Assembly (NCBI GenBank): GCA_965221695.1
Contig: OZ244905.1
Coordinates: forward strand, 2,528,001-2,592,000
DNA: 64,000 bases
Direction of reading: 5' to 3'
From: Gammaproteobacteria bacterium
GTDB taxonomy: Bacteria > Pseudomonadota > Gammaproteobacteria > Eutrophobiales > Eutrophobiaceae
Position numbers and translations under genes: made by a program. Of the stretch, positions 38,148 through 48,799 are shown piece by piece. The notes below the pieces were generated by a model. That model worked only from the letters and a program-made list of their open reading frames with translations. It was not told where the DNA came from and did not search any database. Within the stretch, counting starts at the first letter, position 1; each line of letters opens with the position of its first letter.

Positions 38148-38918
38148 CTATTGGGAAAGGCGGCGCGCCAGGGACTTCAGTTTCGTGATGCGTTCAATCG
38201 AAGACGGGTGCGTACCGGAAAATCCACCGGACAGGCGCTTGCTCATTTTATAAACCAGTTCCTGCAGGCGCACCGCCCCTTGCGGGTCGTAACCGGCCTC
38301 GACCGCCCAGATCGCGCCCAGGTAATCCGCTTCCCGTTCATTGTCGCGGCTGTATCGGGTGTTGGAGGCTGTGCGTATGTCGGTAGTGCGCTTGTTTTTG
38401 TGATCTTCACCGTGATTCAACTTCAGGTGGCCCAGTTCATGGCCGATCAACGCGGCGGCCATGTGCACATCCAGACCGAGCAACTCGAGCATGCCGAAGT
38501 TTATGCCGATGATGTTGATTTCAACCGCATTGTCCTTGTCGATCGGTTTGCTGTCCGCAATGGCTTTGCCTTGCAGGCTGACTTTCTCGGGGTCAGCGCT
38601 GTTGCCACCGGGTTCCACCGGCGTCAGTTCCGCTAGCCCCTTGGTGGCAAACGCATTCGGTTGTTCACCATCGGTGATGAGCAACTCGGAACGCAACTCC
38701 GAAACTTCCTCAAGCGCCTGCATCACCGAATAAAGATAGATCATCTGCTTGGAATCAATGCGCTTCAGCAGCCTGTTGTTCTTGTCGCGCAACTCAATGG
38801 TATCGGCATTGGTTCTGGCAAGATCCTCAATACGCCAGGTATGGCTGAACGGTGCGGCCAGCCCGTGGTCGGAAAACAACAATGCCAGACAGGCGCTCAG
38901 GATGATTTTTTTGAGCAT
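38148..38918 (-). CDS. M48 family metallopeptidase, exported
   Basis: PNAFA, HELGH, EREAD and THPSSIERI motifs; signal peptide. Confidence 0.9.
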   Translation of the reverse strand: MLKKIILSACLALLFSDHGLAAPFSHTWRIEDLARTNADTIELRDKNNRLLKRIDSKQMIYLYSVMQALEEVSELRSELLITDGEQPNAFATKGLAELTPVEPGGNSADPEKVSLQGKAIADSKPIDKDNAVEINIIGINFGMLELLGLDVHMAAALIGHELGHLKLNHGEDHKNKRTTDIRTASNTRYSRDNEREADYLGAIWAVEAGYDPQGAVRLQELVYKMSKRLSGGFSGTHPSSIERITKLKSLARRLSQ

Positions 38919-39000
38919 ACACAGGTTACCTCGTTGTCTTTAGGGACCTTCGATTCAGCGAGAGGTTCCTTGAATAACACCAGTATGCAAAAGTATACCA

Positions 39001-39050
39001 CCCCCTGGGAGTACGGGCGTCCAGCATGCATGCTGGCACCGGCCCGCCCC
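39001..39050. repeat. REP-like element family B
   Basis: CCCTGGGAGTACGGGCGTCC followed by the palindrome CCAGCATGCATGCTGG. Confidence 0.45.
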
Positions 39051-39160
39051 GGAATCACGACCTGATTAGATATCTTCCCCTGGAAGCGCCGCGCTGTTGC
39101 AAAAAGCAAAGGGAATGTCACCTGGCGCAACAACCGCGGAATTTTTCAGATCCTTCGATG

Positions 39161-40558
39161 TTATATAGGATAGTGACCGGGTTCACTTTCAACCGTTATC
39201 CAGCGCAGTTCCGTAAAACTGTCAATACCTGCTTTCCCGCCGAATTTACCGTAGCCGGAAGCGCCGACTCCACCAAAGGGCATTTGCGCTTCGTCATGTA
39301 CGGTCGGACCATTGACATGACAGATACCGGATTGAATTTGCCGCGCGACCTTGAGACCTCTTGTCGCGTCTGAGGTAAACACTGAGGCGCTCAAGCCGTA
39401 TTCCGTGTCATTGGCGATACGAATGGCATCGGCTTCATCATTGGCTCGAATAATCCCTGCCACCGGACCAAAACTCTCATCAGAGTAAATATCCATGCCG
39501 GCAGTGACCCGATCAACCAGCGTTGCGGACATCAATACTGAGTCGTTTGTGCCGCCAACCAAAACAGACGCGCCTTTCGCTACGGCATCCTCAATCAGTG
39601 CGTTAACCCGCTCAACAGTCTTCATATCAACAACAGCTCCAAGCGGCGTTTTCCCTTCTCGCGGATCCCCGGCAACAAGGGTTTCCACTTTATCCCTGAG
39701 CTTTTGTACAAACTCTTCCGCCACGTCATCCACAACGATAATGCGCTCGGTTGACATGCAGATCTGCCCCTGGTTCATATAGGCGCCGAAGGCTGCGGCC
39801 TTCACAGCCTCGTCAAGATCGGCATCCTCCAGTACTACTAAGGGGGCCTTGCCGCCGAGTTCCAATAAACAGGGCTTGAGATGGGTGGCAGCGCGCTGTG
39901 CGATGATTCGGCCGACTGCAGTGGAGCCGGTAAAATTTATTCGCTTTACTGTCGGGTGATCGATGATAGCGCCGACAACTTCAGCAGCCGACTCGGGTGC
40001 ATTGGTCACAATGTTGATAGTCCCTTCCGGGAACCCCACTTCATTGCATGCATCAATGATCAGTTCATGGGTCCGCGGGCAGATTTCCGAGGCCTTGAAT
40101 ATGACGGAATTTCCACAGGCAAGAGGAGTGGCAATCGCCCTGACAGCAAGAATTATTGGCGCATTCCAGGGAGCGATACTGAGAATCACACCTACAGGTT
40201 CACGCAAGGTCATTGCCATACAACCCGGTTTGTCCGAAGGAATGACTTCACCACTAATCTGCGTGGTGATCGATGCTGCCTCTCGCAGCATGGAGGCTGA
40301 CAGCATGAGGTTAAACATAGTCCAGCCGGCAGTAGCGCCGATCTCATTTGCCATTGCCTCGAGAAACGCATCCTTTTTTTTCTCAAGCGCTTCAGCGGCT
40401 GCCATCAATAATTGGCGACGGTTATTTGGGCCCTGTTTTGACCAGGCTTGAAAACCAGACTGGGCCTTCTCACATATTGCCGGAATATCCGATGGCTGCA
40501 TCGCCACGGTTTTGCTTGCCAATTCCCCGGTAAGCGGGTTAAGACGTTCAAAATTCAT
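39161..40558 (-). CDS. vdh: Aromatic aldehyde dehydrogenase, vanillin dehydrogenase-like
   Basis: LREAASITTQISGEVIPSD, IAPWNAP, FTGST, ELGGK and GQICMSTER, closely resembling Vdh. Confidence 0.8.
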   Translation of the reverse strand: MNFERLNPLTGELASKTVAMQPSDIPAICEKAQSGFQAWSKQGPNNRRQLLMAAAEALEKKKDAFLEAMANEIGATAGWTMFNLMLSASMLREAASITTQISGEVIPSDKPGCMAMTLREPVGVILSIAPWNAPIILAVRAIATPLACGNSVIFKASEICPRTHELIIDACNEVGFPEGTINIVTNAPESAAEVVGAIIDHPTVKRINFTGSTAVGRIIAQRAATHLKPCLLELGGKAPLVVLEDADLDEAVKAAAFGAYMNQGQICMSTERIIVVDDVAEEFVQKLRDKVETLVAGDPREGKTPLGAVVDMKTVERVNALIEDAVAKGASVLVGGTNDSVLMSATLVDRVTAGMDIYSDESFGPVAGIIRANDEADAIRIANDTEYGLSASVFTSDATRGLKVARQIQSGICHVNGPTVHDEAQMPFGGVGASGYGKFGGKAGIDSFTELRWITVESEPGHYPI

Positions 40559-40603
40559 ACATTATTTCCTCTGATATTCTGTACATTGATTTTTCGCTCC
40601 GCC

Positions 40604-41704
40604 CTATACCGCCTTTTTGTACATACAATTATTATTGATGGCATCGACAACACTGCGGGTCACCTCGCTTGTTGTGGCTGTGCCACCAACATCCGGCGTC
40701 AGAATGCCGGCGCCTGTTGTTTGCTCAATAGCCGACATTAATACTTCGGCCGCTTCTGTTTGTTCAAGGTGAATGAGCATTTGTACAGCAGTCCAGAAGC
40801 TGGCAATGGGATTGGCAACCCCTTTACCGGTGATGTCAAAGGCCGCGCCGTGAATGGGTTCGAACATGGAAGGATAACGTCGTTCCGGGTCAATGTTTGC
40901 AGTAGGCGCAACGCCGAGGCTACCTCCAAGCGCGCCGGCAAGGTCCGAAAGGATATCCGCTTGCAGATTTGTGGCGACTATCGTGTCCAGGCTTGCGGGG
41001 TCCAGAGTCATTCTCACAGTCATAGCGTCAACGAGCATTTTATCCCACCTGACCTCCGGAAATTCAGTCGCTATTTCTGCCGCTATCTCGTCCCACATCA
41101 CCATACCATGTCGTTGAGCATTGGATTTGGTTACGACGGTTAGCAGTTTTCTGGGTCTCGATTTTGCCATTTGAAAAGCGTAGCGCATGATTCGGGTAAC
41201 GCCCACTCGTGTAAAAATAGCTACCTCCGTACCGATCTCCTCCCGGTGACCCCTGTGGGCACGACCACCATGACCCGAGTATTCACCTTCGCTGTTCTCC
41301 CGTATTATTACCCAGTCGAGGTCCCCTGGCTCACAGTTGCGCAGTGGTGAGGATATCCCCGGTAGCAGCCGGCTTGGTCTTACATTGGCGTACTGGTCAA
41401 ATCCCTGACAAATCTCCAGCCGTAAGCCCCATAACGTAATGTGATCGGGCACATCCGGAGCGCCTACCGCACCGAAAAGGATTGCATCGAATGGTTTTAG
41501 TATCTCCAACCCGTTCTCCGGCATCATCACGCCGTGTTTCTTGTAATAGTCCGAGCCCCAGTCGAAAGTTTCAACGTTGAATCCTATTTCAGGAAAGCAC
41601 ATTTGAATTGCCTTGAGCACTTCTATGGTTTCAGCAATCACCTCAATACCGATACCATCTGCCGGTATGGCTGCAATGTTATAAACGCATTTATTTTTAT
41701 TCAT
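40604..41704 (-). CDS. ttuC: Tartrate dehydrogenase/decarboxylase (D-malate dehydrogenase family)
   Basis: IPADGIGIEV, VPDHITLWGL, RENSEGEY, KSNAQRHGM and MFEPIHG. Confidence 0.88.
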   Translation of the reverse strand: MNKNKCVYNIAAIPADGIGIEVIAETIEVLKAIQMCFPEIGFNVETFDWGSDYYKKHGVMMPENGLEILKPFDAILFGAVGAPDVPDHITLWGLRLEICQGFDQYANVRPSRLLPGISSPLRNCEPGDLDWVIIRENSEGEYSGHGGRAHRGHREEIGTEVAIFTRVGVTRIMRYAFQMAKSRPRKLLTVVTKSNAQRHGMVMWDEIAAEIATEFPEVRWDKMLVDAMTVRMTLDPASLDTIVATNLQADILSDLAGALGGSLGVAPTANIDPERRYPSMFEPIHGAAFDITGKGVANPIASFWTAVQMLIHLEQTEAAEVLMSAIEQTTGAGILTPDVGGTATTSEVTRSVVDAINNNCMYKKAV

Positions 41705-41740
41705 TAGCTGTTCCTGACTTGAGAGTGTAATTGATATATT

Positions 41741-43036
41741 TCATTGCCGCTTACGCAGGTGCGCCAGAAGAAGCACCAGTAGAGATGAAAAGATCAATGC
41801 AGCGGCAACGCTGATCAACCCACTATTAAATTCTCCCGTTTGTTCTTTCATCCAGCCGATGATGAACGGACCGGCAAAACCACCCAGATTTCCAATCGAG
41901 TTAATCGTCGCAATACCGGTCGCGGCGGCCGCTCCTGTGAGAAATTGGGTGGGGATACTCCAAAGGGGTGGCTTGGCAGAGCTGACGCCGGCGCTTACCA
42001 GCGCCAGTGACAGAACCACCAGGATAAGGCTGGTGGAATACGCTGCGAGTACCAGCCCCATGGCGGCGACCAGACAGGCTCCCACTACGTGCCAGTTTCG
42101 CTCGCCGGTGCGGTCAGAATGTCTGGCCCAAAACACCATGACAAAGACCGCGAACAGCGGCGGAATTGCATTGATTATACCTGTGGCCAGGGGACCAATA
42201 CCGTACTGGGCGATAATCTGTGGAGACCAGATATTCACAGTGTAAAGCCCTGCGGAGGTACCAAAGTAAATCAGCGCCAGCGAAAGTACCCATGGGTCGA
42301 TAAGGCCGCGTAATACCGACTGGGTTTTGTGTTCATTTGCCACATTCTGTTGTTCGGCCTGCATCTTGGCAATCAACCAGTTCCGCTCTTCTTCGGTCAA
42401 CCATTGCGCCTGTTCCGGTCTATCCGTGAGGTACACAAGAACAACCCCGGCCAACAGCACTGCGGGAGCGGCTTCAACCAGAAATAACCACTGCCAACCA
42501 TGCAGGCCAAGCACGCCATCCATGGTCAGTAACGCACCGGAAATCGGCGAACCCAACGCAATTGATATCGGTACGGCCGCCATGAACAGCGCAGTCACAC
42601 CCGCGCGCTGTTGCGCAGGGAACCAGTAACTGAGATACAGAATAATTCCAGGGAAAAAACCTGCTTCTGCAGCGCCCAGCAAAAAGCGCAATATATAGAA
42701 ACTTGTAGGTCCCTGCACAAACGCCATAGCGCCGGAAATGATTCCCCAGGTGAGCATGATGCGAGCAATCCAGATGCGTGCGCCGACTCGATGCAGGATC
42801 AGGTTCGAAGGCACCTCAAACAGAAAATATCCGATAAAAAAAACACCCGCGCCAAAGCCGAAAGCGGCTGCCGACAAACCGACATCTTCGTTCATGGTCA
42901 GCGCAGCAAAGCCGACATTAACCCTGTCGAGATACGCGACAAAATAGAGCAACATGATGAAAGGCACTATTCGCCGCGTCAATTTGCGAATTACGCGCTG
43001 TTCAATCGTTGTGGTCTGTGTTGGAATTTCGGCCAA
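41741..43036 (-). CDS. ttuB: MFS transporter, TtuB-like (tartrate)
   Basis: AYLDRVNVGFA, FEVPSN..LHRVGARIWIARIM and AEAGFFPG; adjacent to ttuC. Confidence 0.75.
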   Translation of the reverse strand: MAEIPTQTTTIEQRVIRKLTRRIVPFIMLLYFVAYLDRVNVGFAALTMNEDVGLSAAAFGFGAGVFFIGYFLFEVPSNLILHRVGARIWIARIMLTWGIISGAMAFVQGPTSFYILRFLLGAAEAGFFPGIILYLSYWFPAQQRAGVTALFMAAVPISIALGSPISGALLTMDGVLGLHGWQWLFLVEAAPAVLLAGVVLVYLTDRPEQAQWLTEEERNWLIAKMQAEQQNVANEHKTQSVLRGLIDPWVLSLALIYFGTSAGLYTVNIWSPQIIAQYGIGPLATGIINAIPPLFAVFVMVFWARHSDRTGERNWHVVGACLVAAMGLVLAAYSTSLILVVLSLALVSAGVSSAKPPLWSIPTQFLTGAAAATGIATINSIGNLGGFAGPFIIGWMKEQTGEFNSGLISVAAALIFSSLLVLLLAHLRKRQ

Positions 43037-43144
43037 TTTTCATTCTTCTCTGTGGTCAACCAAAACCGTTACAGTAGCCTTATTCATCGTTGACAGCACT
43101 GATTGCGATGATTATATTAATTTTATGAATTATAGGCACTCCGG

Positions 43145-44053
43145 GTGAACCTTAATCTTTTGCGGTGCTATGTTGTTGTAGCAGAGGAACTTCATTTTGG
43201 CCGTGCCGCAAGACGATTGAACATTCTCCCCTCTTCTCTCAGCAGAAATATCAACCTGCTGGAACAGGAACTGGGGCTACGCTTACTATCCCGCACGACT
43301 CGCGATGTTGCCCTGACTCAGAGCGGGCATTCACTGGCGCAGGAAGCCAAGTCTTTGCTTGAACATTCAACTGAGGTTGCCGACCGGGTCAGAAGTTCTG
43401 CCACGAGTAAAGAGCGGGTATTTCGAATTGGCGCGATGGACAGCGCCGCGATCGGCTTGATACCACAGCTTATTCATGATTTTCGTGAATTGGTGCCCGA
43501 ACTGGAATTACGCCTGCTGGAGGAGAAGAGCGCCAGGCTGTTACCGAAGCTGTTATCGGGTGCGCTTGATGTGGCAATTATCAGCCAGCCGGAATGGCCA
43601 TTTGCCGAAATTGAATCTGAGTTCCTGCTCAACCAACGCATCATTGTCGCATTACCGGCCAATCATCCACTGGCAAAACACGTCATGCTGCGTGTCGATG
43701 ACCTTGCAGACGTTCCACTGATACTACCATCACCCAGGAGCCGGCCTCATAGTCACAACCTGACCATACAGCTTTTTCAGGATGCTTCATTACAGCCTCG
43801 CATCGTCCAGCAAGCAGAAGAGAAACAGACCATAATCAACATGGTTGGCGCGGAAATCGGCGCGGCCATCGTGCCTTACTGGGCTAGTCGAAATGTGGTT
43901 CAGGGAGTGGTTTTTCGACCTTTGGTAAACCATTCAGGCAAGCCCATAGAGGAATTGCCGTTAGCGGCTGCATGGATAAAAGGAACTCATGATGTGTTCC
44001 GCGACAAGTTAATGGGTTTGCTCAGAAACAACCTGGAACGCTACTCAAATTGA
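43145..44053 (+). CDS. LysR family regulator (TtuA-like), divergent from ttuB
   Basis: AEELHFGRAARRL HTH and LSRTTRDVALT. Confidence 0.9.
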   Translation: MNLNLLRCYVVVAEELHFGRAARRLNILPSSLSRNINLLEQELGLRLLSRTTRDVALTQSGHSLAQEAKSLLEHSTEVADRVRSSATSKERVFRIGAMDSAAIGLIPQLIHDFRELVPELELRLLEEKSARLLPKLLSGALDVAIISQPEWPFAEIESEFLLNQRIIVALPANHPLAKHVMLRVDDLADVPLILPSPRSRPHSHNLTIQLFQDASLQPRIVQQAEEKQTIINMVGAEIGAAIVPYWASRNVVQGVVFRPLVNHSGKPIEELPLAAAWIKGTHDVFRDKLMGLLRNNLERYSN

Positions 44054-44056
44054 GCG

Positions 44057-44992
44057 CTATTCTCTGTTAATCAGATACTTGTCGAACCAACTCAGCATTG
44101 CGCCGATGTAATCGGGTGGATCGTCCGGTTCTCGCCTGACCCTGCTGCCATTAACTACCTGGCTCGCCTCGAAGCGTGGTCCATGCCCGCCACCCTGCAC
44201 CGGTAACAGTTCGGTATCAATACCGGCCTGTATAAGCGCAGCATGCATTTTGACGGAGCGATCATACGGAACAACCGGATCAGCATCTCCATGTATCAGA
44301 AGGAAGGGCGGATCGTCGGGCGTAACATAAGTAATCGGCGAAGCTTCTGCGAGCAATTGAGATTCGACACTTCCCTTTTTTGCTGCATTTGTTCGAAAAC
44401 CGAACAATGGCGCATCAGGGTTGTCGCGGAGATCCATAGGCGCTGCGCGTGTTACCACAACTTGCACTTTTGCGCTTTCGCGGTTTATCTCGTTGGGATC
44501 AGTCGGGTCGCCGTCACCATCCATGACGCCAAGCATACTGACCAGGTGTGCGCCTGAGGAGCCTCCCATCGCGCCGATACGCGTCGGGACAATTCCGAAC
44601 TTTTCCGCATTGTAGCGGATATAACGGACTGCTCTTTGAACATCCTCGAGTGGCGCAGGGTAGCGAAAACGCGGCGCGGCCCTATGATTGATATTAAATA
44701 CCGTATAGCCGGCTTGCGCCAGCGGTTGTGCGTAGATCTTCTCCTGACCGGTTTGTGTAAGCGGAATTGCATCAAGGCTTAGTTCGCGGGTCCAGCCGCT
44801 TCCAGAGATAAAAATGATGCCATAGCCATTGGGTTTCTCCGGGTAATAGACATCCATCAGCAATGCAAGGCCAGAGTACATTCCGTAGATGACATTGGAA
44901 TCAACCCTGGTTTCGGCGCTTGCCAGTCCCGGTTTGCCCAGGCAAGCCAGCGCAAAAATAATGAGGCAAACATGTGAATTTGGTAATTTCAT
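44057..44992 (-). CDS. Exported HSL-family esterase (BD-FAE-like alpha/beta hydrolase)
   Basis: Signal peptide, SGSGW oxyanion region, GGSSG nucleophile, HGDADPVV and GGGHG. Confidence 0.8.
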   Translation of the reverse strand: MKLPNSHVCLIIFALACLGKPGLASAETRVDSNVIYGMYSGLALLMDVYYPEKPNGYGIIFISGSGWTRELSLDAIPLTQTGQEKIYAQPLAQAGYTVFNINHRAAPRFRYPAPLEDVQRAVRYIRYNAEKFGIVPTRIGAMGGSSGAHLVSMLGVMDGDGDPTDPNEINRESAKVQVVVTRAAPMDLRDNPDAPLFGFRTNAAKKGSVESQLLAEASPITYVTPDDPPFLLIHGDADPVVPYDRSVKMHAALIQAGIDTELLPVQGGGHGPRFEASQVVNGSRVRREPDDPPDYIGAMLSWFDKYLINRE

Positions 44993-45207
44993 ATCGCTCC
45001 TGGAATATGCGAATCTTAGCGGACGACGGTAGTGGAACAATTGTTGCATTTTTTTGTATAAAGTTCAGTATCGGAAGGTGCCTGCTTTTCTGAAATACAC
45101 TGAGTTTCACTTGTGGGGCTGTCTGCTGCTGACAATCGGGATATTCATTGAATATGCCACGCCTTCGGTTCGAACCAACCCTACTAACAGTGACTCGGGG
45201 GACTATA

Positions 45208-48090
45208 ATGAAACAACAACCTACTGCATCAATGCCTACCATCGCCCGCACTTTTTTGATGGTATTGTTCGGATACGTAATTACCCTGTCGGGTAACCTG
45301 GTAATAGCCCAGGACCAGGAAGGGGAAACCCTGGAGGAAATTGTTGTCACCGGTTCACGCATTGCCCGTAGTGACTTTGTATCGCCCAGCCCCTTGGTAA
45401 CTACTGAAATGGAATCGATCGTCTATTCCGGCCGATCAACGATTGATGACTATCTGAAGGACCTTCCTCAATTCGCTCCAGGGAGTGGTGACTACAGTAA
45501 TGACAGTAATGGTGGAACCGCAGGTCGTGCGACGTTGAACTTGAGAAACCTCGGAGCAAAACGCAACCTTGTTCTCATGAACGGGCGCCGTCTGATATCT
45601 TCAGGAACTGACGGCGCCATTGATATCAACACGATTCCATCACTTGCGATTGGAAAAATCGAGGTTATCACGGGTGGGGCCTCAGCGACTTATGGTTCTG
45701 ACGCCCTGTCCGGTGTCGTGAATTTCAAGACCCGTACAGACCTGGACGGCCTGGACTTCCAGGCCCAGTACTCTGTCTTGGATGGCGCCGGTCAGGACAA
45801 CTACAAAATCGGTGCGGCCTACGGAACAGACTACGCTAACGGCAGGGGCAACCTTCTGATTTCAGCAGAATTTACCGACCGTGGCGGTGTTCGCTACTTC
45901 GAACGAGATTTCTTCAATGTAAATCCTCAAGCAAGTCAGTTCACGGCGTATGGGTCTTCCCGTTTGTTACCTCGCGGTCAATTGATCTCGGCCAATAACG
46001 ACGGTACGGCATTCAACGCGAGTAATACTTCTTCACCTACAGGCGCTGGCGGGACAACTTTCAACGGAATTACCGAGCTTCCATTGCTGATTGACAGCCG
46101 AGGAACACTCAGAACCCATGGCCAGTTCAGAAACTGGATACAGGTACCGCTGGAACAAACAAACGTGTTCGGTACGACCGACTTTGAGTTTGATAATGGT
46201 ATTACGGCTTACGGACAGTTCCTGTACGCGTCTTCAACGGCTTTTAACGTCGGCGCAGAGCCAATTTCAGCAGGAATTTGGGGCATAAGGATACCCCAAG
46301 ACAACTTTTATCTGAATCAGGTTCCGGACATTGCCGGGTTAGTCGGCCCTGCTGGAATCAACGACTACCAGATTCGTTTTGTACAAGCCGGAAACCGGGT
46401 CTACGAGACTGACAACGATGTATACCAGGTTCTTGGCGGACTGAGCGGAAGCTTTGGAGAGCACGACTATAACTGGGATATTCACTTCTCTTACGGTAGA
46501 ACAGAAACATCTGACAGAACAATTTCCGGTTCCGTGAATTTCGCAGCCGTTCAGGACGTTATTGATACAACGGATGCGGCGACCGGCGTTAGCCCTCTTT
46601 GTGCGGGCGGCTTTAATCCATTCGGAGGAAGCGCCCCGCTGTCTGCCGAGTGTCTGGAATTCGTTTCTCGTACACCTGTGAACGATACGACTCTGGAACA
46701 GATCATCGTCGAAGCCACGTTAGAAGGAAGGCTTGCTGATATGCCGGCTGGCGAAGCCCGTTTTGCCTTGACCGCATCATACCGTGAAAATACCTATGAG
46801 TTTGATCCTGACGCTGATATAGCTGCAGGGGAGTTGGCAAACCTGGCGAGCGCCGGGTTCACGAAAGGAGAAATAGATGTTGTCGATATTTCAGGTGAGG
46901 TTCTGCTGCCACTCATTTCCGACGCTGAGATGCTCGATTCCATGAACCTGACGATGGGCGCGCGTTATTCGGATTATAGCCCTGCGGGTTCGCAGGAAAC
47001 CTATAAGGCTGAAGTTGATGCGCGAGTGAACAGCAACTTCATGTTGCGCGGTGGCTTCCAACATGCTGTTCGAGCGCCCAATGTTGAGGAATTCTTCAGG
47101 GCCAGTCTTTTGCGAGTTCAACCTTTCCTTGATCCCTGCAGCTCTCGATATAGAGGTGTAAGTGTGGACCGAGCTGCTGAATTAGCGCTTTGCGCGCTTC
47201 AAGGCGCTGACCGTAGCTATACTCAACCCGGTTCATCGGCGCCAACTTTCACAAACGGCAACCCCGACCTGACCCCTGAAGAAGCCGATACTTTTACCAT
47301 TGGCGCAGTCTTTGATTTTGACCTTGGCAATCTTGGCGCTCAGATTACCGTCGATTACTACCACATCAAGATTGACAATGCCATTGAGACCTTGTCAGCA
47401 CAGCAGATCATGACCAAGTGTTTCAACCTGGATGGCACATCCAATCCGACTTATGACAATAACTATTTCCCATGCCAGCAAATCAACCGTCCGGTTCTGG
47501 CGCCTGCGACAACCGCGTTTGATCTTGATCCGGTTAATCAACCGATCCTGAACCTGGGTGGAATTAAAACATCCGGCATCGACATATCGGCAAATTTCAA
47601 TCTTCCGGTGGAGAAGCTGGTCTGGGGCAACGGTGGCGGCGGCATTTACTTCTCGTCATACGTTAACATTCTTGATAAGCATAAAATTCAGGCTTTCCCA
47701 GACGAAGACTTTGCCGACTTTGCCGGACTTGTCGACCTGACCGTAGCTTACCCTGAATTAAGGCTGACCAACTCCCTGACTGTGGAAACAGGCCCTGTAA
47801 CACTCACCGGGGTGTGGCGTCATATTTCAGACATGGATGACATTTCAGCAGTCGGAGGCGCCGCTACCACCATCGAAGGCGCGGATTCGTATGACTACTT
47901 TGATTTGATTGCACGCGTAAATGTTAATGATAAGTTTGAAATCTATGGGGGTATCAACAACATCAGTAACAAGCAGCCACCTCAACTTGGTGGTGAACCG
48001 GTCGGCACCGTATTCTCGAATACCAACCAGGGATATTACGACGGCATTGGCCGTTCATTCTACCTTGGTGTGAATGCCGGTTTCTTCTAA
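45208..48090 (+). CDS. TonB-dependent receptor
   Basis: LEEIVVTGSRI, LRNLGAKRNLVLMNGRR, GASATYGSDALSGVVNF; C-terminal Phe. Confidence 0.95.
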   Translation: MKQQPTASMPTIARTFLMVLFGYVITLSGNLVIAQDQEGETLEEIVVTGSRIARSDFVSPSPLVTTEMESIVYSGRSTIDDYLKDLPQFAPGSGDYSNDSNGGTAGRATLNLRNLGAKRNLVLMNGRRLISSGTDGAIDINTIPSLAIGKIEVITGGASATYGSDALSGVVNFKTRTDLDGLDFQAQYSVLDGAGQDNYKIGAAYGTDYANGRGNLLISAEFTDRGGVRYFERDFFNVNPQASQFTAYGSSRLLPRGQLISANNDGTAFNASNTSSPTGAGGTTFNGITELPLLIDSRGTLRTHGQFRNWIQVPLEQTNVFGTTDFEFDNGITAYGQFLYASSTAFNVGAEPISAGIWGIRIPQDNFYLNQVPDIAGLVGPAGINDYQIRFVQAGNRVYETDNDVYQVLGGLSGSFGEHDYNWDIHFSYGRTETSDRTISGSVNFAAVQDVIDTTDAATGVSPLCAGGFNPFGGSAPLSAECLEFVSRTPVNDTTLEQIIVEATLEGRLADMPAGEARFALTASYRENTYEFDPDADIAAGELANLASAGFTKGEIDVVDISGEVLLPLISDAEMLDSMNLTMGARYSDYSPAGSQETYKAEVDARVNSNFMLRGGFQHAVRAPNVEEFFRASLLRVQPFLDPCSSRYRGVSVDRAAELALCALQGADRSYTQPGSSAPTFTNGNPDLTPEEADTFTIGAVFDFDLGNLGAQITVDYYHIKIDNAIETLSAQQIMTKCFNLDGTSNPTYDNNYFPCQQINRPVLAPATTAFDLDPVNQPILNLGGIKTSGIDISANFNLPVEKLVWGNGGGGIYFSSYVNILDKHKIQAFPDEDFADFAGLVDLTVAYPELRLTNSLTVETGPVTLTGVWRHISDMDDISAVGGAATTIEGADSYDYFDLIARVNVNDKFEIYGGINNISNKQPPQLGGEPVGTVFSNTNQGYYDGIGRSFYLGVNAGFF

Positions 48091-48110
48091 AGAAGCTCTG
48101 CACGCCACGA

Positions 48111-48184
48111 TTGCATATAACTGTTGGCACAGACCAGGACATTACCCCATAGCACTCCCGCAATAGCGGGAGTCCGGTCAAATA
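48111..48184. repeat. REP-like element family A (half copy)
   Basis: TGGCACAGACCAGGACATT...CACTCCCGCAATAGCGGGAGTCCGGTCAAATA. Confidence 0.75.
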
Positions 48185-48709
48185 ATGAAAATTATTCCGC
48201 TTATTTTCTCTCTACTGATTGTTATTTCGCTTCCATGCTTAGCCAATAAAGATCAAGAATCCATCTTTGAGCAATACCCGTCCAAACCGCCCGGCGTCGG
48301 CGCTGAGCCAGTGCTTCAGCTATACGTCACCTTGACTGCTTCGATTGATGTGGGGCAGACAGACGATGGGCAACGCTATATCGTTCCAATTACCGGCGGT
48401 TATTTTACAGGAAACGGAATTTCCGGGGAGGTGCTGCCCGGTGGGGCAGACTGGCAGGTCGTGCGCGCCGACGGAATAAAGAAAATTATCGCCTTGTATT
48501 CGATCAGAACATCTGATGGGGAAGTCATCATAGTGGACAACCAGGGTATCAGTTACACGGATGATGACGGGCGCTACAGACGAACCATTCCAAAATTTCA
48601 TGCCCCCAAGGGAAAGTATGACTGGCTGAACAAAAGCCTGTTTGTCGGAACAATTACGTCCATAAAACAACCGCGTGCGGTTATTATTAGAGTATACGAA
48701 GTGAAATGA
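48185..48709 (+). CDS. DUF3237 family protein with signal peptide
   Basis: IVPITGG.F.G..ISGEVLPGGADWQ and YDWLNKSLFVG. Confidence 0.85.
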   Translation: MKIIPLIFSLLIVISLPCLANKDQESIFEQYPSKPPGVGAEPVLQLYVTLTASIDVGQTDDGQRYIVPITGGYFTGNGISGEVLPGGADWQVVRADGIKKIIALYSIRTSDGEVIIVDNQGISYTDDDGRYRRTIPKFHAPKGKYDWLNKSLFVGTITSIKQPRAVIIRVYEVK

Positions 48710-48799
48710 GCGGGTCCCACGGCGACGCAGCGTTTGATCTTTGCTGCGCCAGAGACTTTTATCATTGGCGGCACGTTACAAACTGGAGGATTTATCTGT

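Noticed and set aside
39095-39150. AAAGGGAA motif suggesting a cobalamin riboswitch
   Set aside because: No downstream GCCCCCGC/ACTGT B12-box elements, and it lies 3' of vdh in the wrong context.
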